Origin: Macrostomum lignano
Taxonomy: Eukaryota
Assembly: GCA_002269645.1 (NCBI GenBank)
Contig: NIVC01002831.1
Coordinates: 22,350-86,349 of the forward strand
Reading direction: 5' to 3'
Length of the DNA stretch: 64,000 bases
This document shows, one piece after another, positions 47,400 to 59,189 of this stretch. Position 1 is the stretch's first letter. Every line of letters starts with the position of its first letter. The position numbers and the translations under genes were made by a program. The notes below the pieces were generated by a model. It saw only the letters and a list, made by a program, of their open reading frames with translations, ran no database searches and was not told the origin of the DNA.

Positions 47400-47625
47400 C
47401 TTGAGGCCCAACCCCCAAGGCACAGGGAAGTGTACATGGCTAACGATAATTAAAGTTAGAGCCGCTGTACACCTGTGTGAGTGTGTGCCTGACCTGTGCG
47501 TATGACTGCGTACGTATCCGCGCGCTTGTGTGCCTGCTCAGACGAGTCTGTGGAATGGGTAGCAATGCCTCTTGCCGGTTGTGTGACCATGTCGCTTAAA
47601 GTGCGCCAGGTCGTACACAGTCTCC
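47400..47625. repeat. Diverged dispersed repeat related to 50865-51040
   Basis: Shared blocks CCAACCCCCAAGGCA, GCCGCTGTACA, GGAATGGG and GCGCCAGG in the same order. Confidence 0.55.
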
Positions 47626-49938
47626 TGCTTTTAAAAAAGGCTACAGACAATTGGTTGCATAGGTCTGGCGAACAATCCGAGTCTTCGGATAATTTAATAG
47701 TGTTTAGTCTTTGCTCTTCAAGTATAGGTTATAGCCCGTACACTGACTGTACTTTTACAGCACAAAATTTCGCTAACGAAAATGACTCACAACTACAAAG
47801 ATGGGACTGTGAATTGCAGGAAGTGTCTCCTGCTGGCATCTTGTTAAACAGGCTCTCCACTTTCTACGAAATCTAATAGTCCGGGTAAGACTGGCTCTGG
47901 GTGCCGTCTACAAGGCCGTAATTTGCATGTCTGCACTTCCACGGAGGCGCCGCATCGCAGACACTGCAGCAATATCGCTATTTAGTTCGATCTCTCTCGT
48001 GGTCTTTCGCCACTGCGTCTAGGGCATTGCATTCGCCATTAGGCTTTTGACATATGATAGAAAATTTAATATGTTCAGCCCGTGCGATGATGGAGAAAAA
48101 ATGTAGAATTGCACATTTGGATGCTGGATTGGGGTGAGAGAATTTGTCGGTTAGGAATAATTCGACACAGCTTCTATGCGACACTACGGTGCTTGTGGCG
48201 CGTTCGCCTTAGTGCCTATGCTGATGCGAACTGGCGGCTCAGCACGGTCGGCAAATTCGATTTAGTGCTGTCGCCAATTTTGTAGCTGTCCTCTTCTCGC
48301 CCATTTTTTGCTCAGCTGTGGTCTTGCCATCTCTCGACGCTCGTCGGTTTTTTTGGTCTTCGGTCATTCCAAAGCAGACGAGCGCTTCTACAAGCTTCTA
48401 TTGTTAGCCTAACGGAATCAAATGTTGCCCTCTATAAAACAATGGACCGAGTCCGGTGCCTGTTGGTAGACAGCGGTGTCTGGCGGGTTTTAATGCGCCT
48501 GTCCATCCGAAAATAATATTGCATGACAGTGTTTTTCAGCAGCTGAAAATCTGCTTTTAGATTGACCCTGCCAACACTGGCATGGGTCTGGCCTTGCGCC
48601 GCATCGATTTATCGGGAATCAAACGCTTCCCTAATCTCTCTTATTTATTTCTCCCTCCCGTTGCTGCCGGCCACACTTAGCTGACTCTACCCTGCTTTCT
48701 CTGTTTTTCTCATCCCTGCCAACCCTCTCTCAGTTCTATAGGCTTCTCTATCTTTTTCTATTCTCGCCTGCTACCACTCGGCGCTTTCCAACGCCTGGAG
48801 GGCCTCGCGTTTGAAATGATAAATCAGTTGGATGCGGGGTCTCTATCCCTCTCTATTCCCGTTCCCATCTATCCCTGCCTGCGAGCTGTTTGTCTCTATG
48901 GCTCCCCAGCTCAGATAGCCGTTCCACCCCCCTCTCCTAGCCATCCGATATCCCACAACAGCACACCCCGTCCCCAATCTTGGCCCTGGCTACTGCAAGC
49001 CTCTATAGTCTGCTTTCTTTCACTCTCTTCCCCCTATCAACCATTTCTTTGGTTTCCTCTCTCAGCTGCTCTGCTGCAGATGCATAGATCTGCTGGCGCA
49101 TATGCTAGGTTGCTAGTGATGAAACCTAACGCATGTCTGTGACAGCCAACATAGTAAAAGGGGGTAGTGATCACTTCGTAGCTTCGTAAGGCTTTAAAGC
49201 TTTGTAGACATTTGCTAGACAACACAGTGCGACTCAGTATAACTGACTATAGATATGATCTGAAGCCATCAGAATTCGTTTTGCTGAAGATCTGCTTAGC
49301 GCATAGGCACTAGACATACTGACATTATTGTAAGTGCAATGCCAAATGTACTAAGTGTTAAGCTTATCATTCCCAAGTTCCTGCTAAAGTTTGCTCTTGA
49401 AACAGATAAGGCTGATAATGGACTCGTGCAGTCTCTATATAATAATACTAAATAAGTAGTATTTATGCTTACTCTTTTCTTACGGTATGCGGCCCCTGGG
49501 CGCTCCATTCAGATTATATTTCGCGAGCATCTCCTCGTGGGACATTGCGGTGTGCCGCCATTCGTCTCGCTTTCTACTTTTCGTCCCGTTTGCCTCCCTT
49601 CTAGCTACCGGCTGGCCTCTTGTTTGCCGCTTGAAAAATGAATTTTCTTCTGCCCTCGCTGCATTATACACGAACCATGTATGTATCTCGCGTTCCTTTG
49701 GGATTGCCGCCGTCTCTAGTCTTATTTCAATATTTCCTTTTGACTCGGTGCTCTTGTCTTTTTTATTTTTGTATTTCATTTTATTCCCTTTTCCCGTCCG
49801 CAATCCCCAGTGGCGGCTGCCGTGATTTTATGCTAATAATGTCAGGACTGAATGCTACGGGCCATGCGATCTGATCTATGTTCCCTATCTCCGATAATAA
49901 TCTGACTTTGCCCCCCGTTTTTCACTACAAACTTGCAG

Positions 49939-50101
49939 CTATGGCGACATTGTGCCGTCCACCATTATCGGCAAAATAGTTGGCGGTGTCTGCTCTTTAT
50001 CCGGCGTCCTTGTTATCGCCCTGCCCGTGCCAGTCATTGTGTCGAATTTTTCCCGCATCTACCATCAGAATCAGCGGGCAGACAAGCGTAAGGCGCAAAA
50101 G
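49939..50101 (+). CDS. Shal: Shal exon 2 (GYGD filter, S6)
   Basis: TTGCAG|C TAT GGC GAC ... [54 protein letters not shown]|GTACGT. Confidence 0.97.
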
Positions 50102-50864
50102 GTACGTCATTTATTATTATTACTTAAACTATATGCAAGTCCAGCAGCTGCACATCACCTTCTCAGTGTTCACGGTCTCTTCATTGATCCATCTATGCCA
50201 AGTGGCACCATAGTTGAATGGTAAATGCTAAGAAATGCCAGTTGGTGCATAAGGGCCTCCCAAATTATGCGATTGTGCTCAAAGGTAATCAATGTTTGCA
50301 AATAATAGTCATTTCATCATCAGTATTGTTTAACCTCTGTCCAAAGTACCAAAATGGCAGTAAATTTAGTCTGCACCGAGCCTGATTGATTTTCACTTTC
50401 ATGTCACTCTCCCAGAGCTGATTTCGAAGGCATAAGGACATGCTGCTGCTCTCATTTCCTTTTGCATTTAACTTTTCCTGCAGAGAAGTTAGAGAGAAAA
50501 ATACGAATGCATTTCTAATCTCAAAATCGATTATTATATTCAGGTGATTTTTTTCCTCAAAGATTTCTATTTTAGCTAGACTTAATTATTTGACATCTCT
50601 CAATAAATGCAAATTTTGCGAACTGGAAGCAGCTTTCTAGTATTTACTTTTGTTTTTTGCGGCGCTTTAAATTCTCAAAATTGAGTACATACTCGTATCA
50701 AATCATAATTATAAAATTTTACCCATCAGTGTGCTTTGTGGCAGAGCAGCTCGGTGGTAAGCGCGTCTTGAGTCTCGCGCCACCACCCCTGCGCTAAACA
50801 CATTGATTTGGGGCTTGTAAACGAATTAATTGGCCAAGAGGTTGGCGTGCCATTCACAGCCATG

Positions 50865-51040
50865 AGGGCCAACCCCCAAGGCATCACGATGCCTGACGGT
50901 TAGCAAGTCAGGGCCGCTGTACATTCTGTGTGAGAGTGTGTATAAGTGCGTGCCTGCGTACAGCATTGGAGTCAGCGGAATGGGCAGAATCGCCTCACCG
51001 CTGATTGCGAGACGATGTCACCGAAGGCGTTGCGCCAGGG
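50865..51040. repeat. Diverged dispersed repeat related to 47400-47625
   Basis: Same shared blocks as the other copy. Confidence 0.55.
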
Positions 51041-51202
51041 TGCCCGCAGTTCTGCGAATGGTTACTTGACCTTGAGTTGAGAGCCCCAGAATCTTATAAA
51101 TGCTTAAATAGACCGACTGTGAGAACTATTCGTCTCCTGTTCTGTCGGCATTTGATCTTACGGTCTGCGAGGCCTGTCATGTCAACTCCAATCCGATTGT
51201 AG

Positions 51203-51439
51203 AAGGCCCGGCTGGCCCGGATTCGCATGGCTAAGAACGCCTCGGGTGCCGCTTTTATTAGCAGCAAAAAACGGGCCGAGGAGCGTCAGCGACTCCAGGA
51301 GACGGAGATCGGAGGCGCTGAATGCGGCAGCATCAGGGGCAGTGGCGCCGGCGACGATTCGGGATCGTCGGCAGACAGAAGGGAGGACGTGTTCGAATTG
51401 CAGCATCATCACCTGCTCACCTGCCTTGAGCGGACTACC
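51203..51439 (+). CDS. Shal: Shal exon 3
   Basis: TTGTAG|KARLARIRMAK...FELQHHHLLTCLERTT|GTGAGT, conserved Kv4 C-terminal blocks, phase 0/0. Confidence 0.93.
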
Positions 51440-51467
51440 GTGAGTGTAGATTAGAAGGCTAGAAGCA

Positions 51468-51692
51468 TCGTCTGTCTGTCTGTGTTTGTCTGTCTGTCCG
51501 TCTGTCTGTCTGTCTGTCTGTCTGTCTGGCAGTCTGTCTCTGTTTGTCTGTCTGTCTCTGTCTGTCTATCTGGCAGTCTGTCTGTCTGGCAGTCTGTCTA
51601 TCTGTCTGTCTGTCTGTCTTAGTTTCTGTCTGTCTGTCTGTCTGGCAGTCTGTCTCTATCTGTCTGTCTGTCTGTCTAGCAGTCTGTCTCTA

Positions 51693-51731
<39 letters not shown>

Positions 51732-51935
51732 TAGTGTGTCTGTCTGCCTGTTTTACTGTATGTCTGTCTTATTGTCTCTCTGTTTTACTGTGTGTCTGTC
51801 TGTCTGTCTGTCTCTGTCTGTATGTCTGTCTCTGTCTGTATGTCTGTCTTAGTGTCTGTCTGTCTTAGTGTCTGTCTGGCAGTCTGTCTCTGTCTGTCTT
51901 AGTGTCTGTCTGTGTATCTGTCTGTCTGTCTACTC
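51468..51935. repeat. Degenerate (TCTG)n microsatellite
   Basis: Visible directly; fills most of Shal intron 3. Confidence 0.95.
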
Positions 51936-51965
51936 GCCTATGCAATCCTACTCGCCTATACGCAG

Positions 51966-52163
51966 GAGCGAGAATTCGTCGAGTTAGATCAGCTGACACA
52001 GCTGCCCGTGTGCAGCAGTCAGCAGCAGCCGCAGCCGGCGTCTCCCGCGGCCGGCAGCGACGCGTCGATCGCGGGCGCCGACGCCGAGCTGAGCCCGGGC
52101 GGTCCGGCCGGCTGCTTCAAGGGCCGCTGGCGCCGGGGCTCCCGGGAGGCGCGGACATATTTG
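51966..52163 (+). CDS. Shal: Shal exon 4
   Basis: CGCAG|EREFVELD...CFKGRWRRGSREARTYL|GTGAGA; continues the conserved LERTT-xREF junction. Confidence 0.85.
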
Positions 52164-52432
52164 GTGAGAATTTTTCCATTGATTATAATGATAGCTACAT
52201 TTGCTGTAATGCTTAGTTTAGATATACACTTCCACTACTATTATTAGTATATTATTTAACTATTTTTGATAGATTATTAATTTTCGTAGACTTTTTAGTT
52301 GACTGGCGCAACAAGTTTTTGTCTAGTAATTTCGAGATAAAATAATTGAACTATTTAGCATTCGAACGTTAAAACCTTTTCTTGTTGTTTGCATTTACCT
52401 GAGTGACGTTTAAAATGAGTAGCAATATGCTT

Positions 52433-53643
52433 AGCCTCATACCAGTCAGAGTGCTCGCTATGGAATATGATGGAGCTGTTATTGTGCTCAGCCTCATGCC
52501 AGTCAGAGTGCTCGCTATGGAATATGATGGAGCTGTTATTGTGCTCAGCCCCATGCCAGTCAGAGTGCTCGCTATGGAATATGATGGAGCTGTTATTGTG
52601 CTCAGCCTCATGCCAGTCAGAGTGCTCGCTATGGAATATGATGGAGCTGTTATTGTGCTCAGCCTCATGCCAGTCAGAGTGCTCGCTATGGAATATGATG
52701 GAGCTGTTATTGTGCTCAGCCTCATGCCAGTCAGAGTGCTCGCTATGGAATATGATGGAGCTGTTATTGTGCTCAGCCTCATGCCAGTCAGAGTGCTCGC
52801 TATGGAATATGATGGAGCTGTTATTGTGCTCAGCCTCATGCCAGTCAGAGTGCTCGCTATGGAATATGATGGAGCTGTTATTGTGCTCAGCCTCATGCCA
52901 GTCAGAGTGCTCGCTATGGAATATGATGGAGCTGTTATTGTGCTCAGCCTCATGCCAGTCAGAGTGCTCGCTATGGAATATGATGGAGCTGTTATTGTGC
53001 TCAGCCTCATGCCAGTCAGAGTGCTCGCTATGGAATATGATGGAGCTGTTATTGTGCTCAGCCCCATGCCAGTCAGAGTGCTCGCTATGGAATATGATGG
53101 AGCTGTTATTGTGCTCAGCCTCATGCCAGTCAGAGTGCTCGCTATGGAATATGATGGAGCTGTTATTGTGCTCAGCCTCATGCCAGTCAGAGTGCTCGCT
53201 ATGGAATATGATGGAGCTGTTATTGTGCTCAGCCTCATGCCAGTCAGAGTGCTCGCTATGGAATATGATGGAGCTGTTATTGTGCTCAGCCTCATGCCAG
53301 TCAGAGTGCTCGCTATGGAATATGATGGAGCTGTTATTGTGCTCAGCCCCATGCCAGTCAGAGTGCTCGCTATGGAATATGATGGAGCTGTTATTGTGCT
53401 CAGCCTCATGCCAGTCAGAGTGCTCGCTATGGAATATGATGGAGCTGTTATTGTGCTCAGCCTCATGCCAGTCAGAGTGCTCGCTATGGAATATGATGGA
53501 GCTGTTATTGTGCTCAGCCTCATGCCAGTCAGAGTGCTCGCTATGGAATATGATGGAGCTGTTATTGTGCTCAGCCTCATGCCAGTCAGAGTGCTCGCTA
53601 TGGAATATGATGGAGCTGTTATTGTGCTCAGCCTCATGCCAGT
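52433..53643. repeat. 57-bp tandem array, 21 copies plus a partial, in Shal intron 4
   Basis: 1211 bp = 21 x 57 + 14; nearly invariant (CTCA/CCCA variant). Confidence 0.97.
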
Positions 53644-54038
53644 TATATTCGAACTATTATTATGCATAATTATTATTGCATTATTACTCTTACGCAGCTT
53701 CACCGGTTCCGGGTGAGAAGTGATGCGATATTCTCATTTTTCTGCAAATTTTCGTATTCAAACCCCAAGTTCTGTAATCTGTTGTCTTTCTTAACTGTTC
53801 GAGTCATTCTCTTTATTCTTTATTCTACGCTATTTCCATGCATAAGTGAGCACTTCATTTTTTTCCGAACTCGTTTTCTTTAATTAACTAAGTACTATTA
53901 CTAATATACTGATAAGGTTCTACTAACCATGTGTAGCATTAGGCCTTAAGTAACTATTAAATAACGTGCGTAACTAACTTATATTTATTATTGTGTTCAA
54001 AGTTTCCCATTGTTGCTGTCAATCTCTTTCCATTGCAG

Positions 54039-54102
54039 CCCGGCCGGGGCCGCGCAGAGGAAGGCGAAGAGCTCAACAGGAGACCTAACTCCCGATACCA
54101 AG
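54039..54102 (+). CDS. Shal: Putative Shal exon 5
   Basis: GC-rich 64-nt segment between TTGCAG and GTTTGT reading PGRGRAEEGEELNRRPNSRYQ; EEL resembles the Kv4 ELSTI block. Confidence 0.5.
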
Positions 54103-54488
54103 GTTTGTCCGCTTTGAATTAAAGAAAACTGCATATACTACTTAATGTACTAGACTTCGATAGGGTTTACTCTCTACGCCGGAGCTAGAAATAGAAAAAC
54201 TCCGCTCCTGCTGGGCTGACCATAAACTATGGCTAGAATTTTAATGCGCCACTGTGCTATTTTACCATAGACTGTTAAGGCTGTGGGTCTATGGCCAGCA
54301 GCTTAAAGTTTTCATGGCCTATCTTTAGCTAATATCACAGATGCTATATGCCCCTAGATGGGCCACTCCAGCCGCATTAGACCATAGACTGTAGCATTAG
54401 CAGCGGCAGCTAGTGTCTGTGGCCCTAACCCCTGGAGTTTTTGGAGCCTCCTATAATAATAATAATTGATTACACCTGTCCCAATGGG

Positions 54489-54754
54489 CAGATGTGCAAC
54501 CGACAGCTCAGCCGCAGCTATTGCGCGTCGCATCTGAAGGCTGCGTACGGCTGTTCAGTCCAAGGACTGGGGGTCGCCACGCACACCCTCAATTACCCCA
54601 GCTAATGCTGGCACCCATTTTACAGCTGGTTGAACTGAAGCAATGCAGAGTTAAGTGTCTTGCTCAAGGACACAAATTGTTCCAGTGGGATCTGAAATCG
54701 AACCCCCACCTTTAAGTCGTGAGTACGACGCTCTAAACACTAGGCTACAACCCC
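54489..54754 (-). mobile_element. tRNA-derived SINE with CORE-like central domain, copy 2
   Basis: Homologous to 46750-47024; head GGGGTTGTAGCCTAGTG...AGAGCGTC. Confidence 0.8.
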
Positions 54755-54898
54755 TGGAGCCTCCTAGACTGCCACTAAATACATTAGCGAATGCTGGAGG
54801 GACACATCTGGGTAATATGAAATCTGTGGCTAAGGCTGTAAGTCCCCAAGTGATTAACTCGCTCTGGTTGATATCAATCATTATATAACTCCCGTTAG

Positions 54899-55043
54899 CT
54901 GGTCCGCACTCGTCATCAGCAACGCTCGGACAACAGCAGTTGTCACAATCTCGGCCAACGAGGACGATCCAGACGAGGACGACAATTTCGAGCTGTACGA
55001 ATCGACCGGGGCCTCGGGCTCCAGAGAGGATAGCCGGTTGTGA
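54899..55043 (+). CDS. Shal: Putative terminal Shal exon
   Basis: Frame SALVISNARTTAVVTISANEDD...DSRL* resembles the Kv4 TTAIISI block. Its phase does not match putative exon 5 as delimited. Confidence 0.45.
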
Positions 55044-57266
55044 CTGGGCGCTTCTGTCTACTTGGTTTTTGCTACTTATGATTACCTCAATCGTTTGTTG
55101 TACACATTGACATGCGGTGTATTGTCTTGGTATTGATTGATTTTAATCTTTCTTTTTGAGTTGGGCTTCTAATTTAAGCAGATTCTAATGAGCTTCTAAT
55201 GAGCTCTATTTCACCCAGCTGTGATAGCATAGCAACCATGCAGCGAATTAGGCATATTGCTAATCTATTTATTTATTTATTTTCAGAGATGCATGTCATT
55301 TTAACTGTTGCTGAGCTCATCTCTGTGTGCATATATCAGATGTATTTTCGCATATTTATTTATCGCTAGCCAACAATCAAATTTCAATTCGATATCAATT
55401 CGCACAACAAATATATTTATCTTCTTCACCGATGTTTGCATTGTTAGTTATAATACTTATGTGTAATAATTGTTCTGAATATTTTAGTTTGCTGCTGATG
55501 AACTAACAGTATTTTACCCTGCATTGAACGCAAATTGTGTTCTTAACGTTGCAATGATTCCTACATTATATTGATACTTCTATTATGCTGATAGAGTGGC
55601 CAGGTAATGAAAATTATTTCCTTTTAGCTGACTTGCACATCCTCCTGTTATCAATAAATTTACACCGTAATAGCCTAATTAGGTCAGTTCTCTGTTTATT
55701 TTTTCATTTTAGTGAATTTTTCAAGTACTTGTTTGGCAAGCATTAACTTTGTGTGTTGCTGTGTGTTTCTATAGTAGACTTTTTCAAGCAAGCCTCTCTG
55801 ACACTTCAATTTCTGTTTGTGTTTGAATGAATATCATTGTCTTCAGTTGACTTGATTATGTTATACTTTACTTATGTATACTTTACCCTGCTTAACCATA
55901 TGTAGTGGACGAAAATAGCAAAAACTTTTTTACAGTCTTATACTCTACTTTCCTCATACGTTATGTAAATATGTGCATTCCTAAACATTTATCTGTGAAC
56001 AAAGTCCATCTTGACCCACTGTTCGATCTTTATCGTATTGCACTGTTCGTACCAGAATGTAATCCTAGTCCGTTTTTTTTAAAACTTGATGGTATTTTCC
56101 CTCACCTTTTTTGATTATTTATATATCCGTCATCGTTTTGACAAATATAACCTTGATGACAACTGCACATTTTTCGTTTTCATTTTTAATAGATTTCATA
56201 GTTTAGATTATAGCATAGCCTTTTGCGGCCCATTTGGGCCTATCCGCTCTGTAGTTTTAACCCTAGATGTTCATTTAGACATGACTGTCACAAGCAGTGA
56301 AGACGAGAGCAATGCTTCATTTGCAACTGCTGCGGCGGAGCAAGATCAGCCCCAGAATCGTGGACCATATGCTAGACTGTCAAACAGAGACCAAAGACTT
56401 CTGCTCGAAGCGGAGTTTTGACCATACTAAAAATGCTCTTTTTGTTATAGTTAAGCAGATTGAATTTTTTACGTCACCTTGTGTTAGTACAGTGAATAGA
56501 TTGCTTTGCGCAGCTGTAACTAATGATTGGGTTTCATAGCCGCTACCATTGCTACCATTACTTAGCAAGCATATCTTGGATTAAATTCAATGCGAGTAAG
56601 CCCAAATGGGCTGCAAAAAGCTGTATTGATTTCGTCAGTCAAGTTGATAATAAGGCCGATCAAGTAAATGCCATGAAACAGCACACTCGGCCATAGACAG
56701 TACAGCCAATTAAGTGGACAGCTCGCAATTCCAAGCTGCTCTCTCCCACAGACAGCAAGCCAAGCCAGCTGTTTAAAGCTGTTCTCTCTGGTTAAATGAC
56801 AATCAAGTAGAGAATTTCAAAGCAAGTATTGTGGCCCAGTTGAAAGCATACAGATTAAAGACAGGTTGGACCTTAGACTACGCAAATTTCCGACTGTGAA
56901 ACACAGCTGATAGACATATACGACTAGAATTGGAAATGAATAAAAGCGCCCGATAGCATATAAAAATTGGGTTGGGCCATAGACCATACAGATTTCCGAC
57001 TCTGAAACACAAGCGTCGTGGCAAACACCCTAACCTAGAATTTCAGGCATAGAGAATTTTACTTCTAGGCCATAAAACGTTGAGTCACGCTTAGTTTTGG
57101 GCATAGACTTAAGGCTAAGCCCCAAAAATCCTTATTTATCCCCTTTTAGGGGAGCCCATTGGCGGAGAATGGCCAGTGAAGGCTTTCGTCGTATTTTAAG
57201 TCATTAGTGTGAGTAATTTAGCGTGATGATTCGTGTACTAAGCATTATGAATATCCTCTCGCATTC

Positions 57267-58393
57267 ATGCTAGCTCAAATCGCGCACTTCGCCATCCAGC
57301 GCACTAGCAGACAGACTAGACAGGCAATGGCTCAGACTCAAATTTCTAAGTTCTTTAAAACAATGCCAAAAGATGGCGAGAAATCTTCCTCGTCCAAGCA
57401 GGACGCTGACCAAACTTCGACGCCCGATCAAGAAAGAAAGGATGAAAAAGTTGAGTCAAGGTCCAATTGGCTACAGAATCAGCAGGAAAGCCGCAAGTCC
57501 ATGGATAAGCGACCTTTGAGCGCCGACAAAGACGAGGACAAAGACTGCTCCGGGGAGATGAAAAATTCCGAGCCGAAGCGTCCCCGCGTATCAACTGAGA
57601 CACCGCCGCGGCCGCAGCAGAATCTCAACGCGTTTCTAGCTTCGCCATCCAGCTTTGGAAAGGAGAACCAGAGCCAGTTTCTGAGCGCCCAGCCAGCCGC
57701 TGTTCAGTCGCTGGTGGTTGACTTCGGTATCAGCTGGATGCAGGCCCTGAAGCCTGAGCTCACTAAGACTTACTTTGTCCAGCTGGCTGAATTTGTTCGG
57801 GCCGAGCGCTCCAGCAAGACAATCTACCCTCCGCCTGGGAGGTCTTCTCCTGGACTCGCGCCTGCCGCCTGCAGGAGGTGAAGGTGGTCATCCTGGGCCA
57901 GGACCCCTATCACGGCCCTAACCAGGCCCACGGGCTCTGCTTCTCGGTCCGCCGGCCGACCGTGCCGCCTCCCAGCCTGCTCAACATTTACAAAGAGGTG
58001 TCGAACAATTTTCCGGACAAGTTTCAGCATCCAGGACATGGCGATCTGACTGGCTGGGCTGAGCAAGGTGTGCTACTGCTCAACGCTGTGCTCACTGTTC
58101 GCCGCGGTGAGGCGAATTCGCATCAGGGCCGCGGCTGGGAGACGTTCACTGACGCCGTGGTCGCTACGCTCAACTCTCGCTGCGCAGGCCTAGTATTCAT
58201 ACTGTGGGGCAACTATGCCCAGAAAAAGGGCGCCAAAATTGATAAGCGCAAGCACAAGGTCATTTGCGGCGCTCATCCGTCGCCTCTGGCCGTTAATCGG
58301 GGCGGCTTCTTTGGCAAAATGTACTTTAAGGAAGCCAACGACTATTTGAAGTCGGTTGGAAAATCGACCATCGATTGGTGCCACTTGCCTTGA
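57267..58393 (+). CDS. UNG: Uracil-DNA glycosylase (family 1), intronless, with one apparent 1-bp deletion near 57838
   Basis: GQDPYH, VLLLNAVLTV, WGNYAQKK and HPSPL motifs. Restoring one base in CCTGGGAGGTC gives YPPPG(E/Q)VFSWT...VKVVILGQDPY. Confidence 0.93.
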
Positions 58394-59189
58394 CTGGTTT
58401 AAAGCTTCCAATTGGATTGTTTAGTTGCATTTTTTCGTTTTTATTCTTCGTAAACATCACTTGTTTATGGGTGAAAAATCAGTTTAAATAATAAAATTAT
58501 TAAAGGTAACACACTATGCAGAATGTAATCATTTTCAAAATAAATCATATTTTTATATACATATATCCACTAGTTTTTTTCGATGAAGCTTATATCTTTT
58601 GCAAAACAAAATCATCCCCTACACGATTTTTTATCTTTCACTGGAATATTTGGCACACAACTAAATAAGCACTTTATGAAGCTCTCTTCTAACGGCAATT
58701 CGCCAACGAATCTACTTTGCATCTGACTGCTCTGGTATTGGTTTATTTTTTTCTGTGTTTTAAAGCATTTTATTATGCAAATTTGAGCTGATAGTTTATA
58801 TATTAAAGCAGCGCAATGCTATGCAATAGGGTCCGCTTATCTTTGTGACCGTTTGTTCCTGTACTTCTCTAGTGGCGCTGATTTGCGTATTAAACAAAAA
58901 TATACGTTTGATTTTACCACCTTTTGGTTACGTATATAGCGTTTCTTGTGTTTGTATGTCTTTAAAATGTCATTAACTAGTATTTTTATTTTTTATAGCA
59001 AGGCTTAAAAGCTCTATTCAATTCGCCATCTTGCAGATCCTCATTCGAGTTATACAGACTCTTAATGCTTAAACAGTTAATTTTGGTTGGCCTTTTTTGA
59101 AAGGAAATCAAAGCTACTTGCTAAATAACGCTTATAATTAATTTTCATGCCTGCGGCAGAATCGGGCGGCGTCCATCAGCTGGGGGAGC

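Noticed and set aside
47880-48560. Possible Tc1-like transposase traces in Shal intron 1
   Set aside because: Only weak, inconsistent motif fragments on both strands and no TIRs.
52369-53716. 400-444 aa ORFs on both strands
   Set aside because: Translations of the 57-bp intronic array; unit length divisible by three explains the open frames.
56281-56421. Short ORF MTVTSSEDESN...RGPYARLSNRDQRLLLEAEF
   Set aside because: Could be a transposase N-terminal remnant or a small exon, but no motif, TIR or continuation supports a call.
56885-57014. Direct repeat ATTTCCGACT[GC]TGAAACACA upstream of UNG as a promoter element
   Set aside because: Only two copies and no known motif; cannot be distinguished from a chance local duplication.
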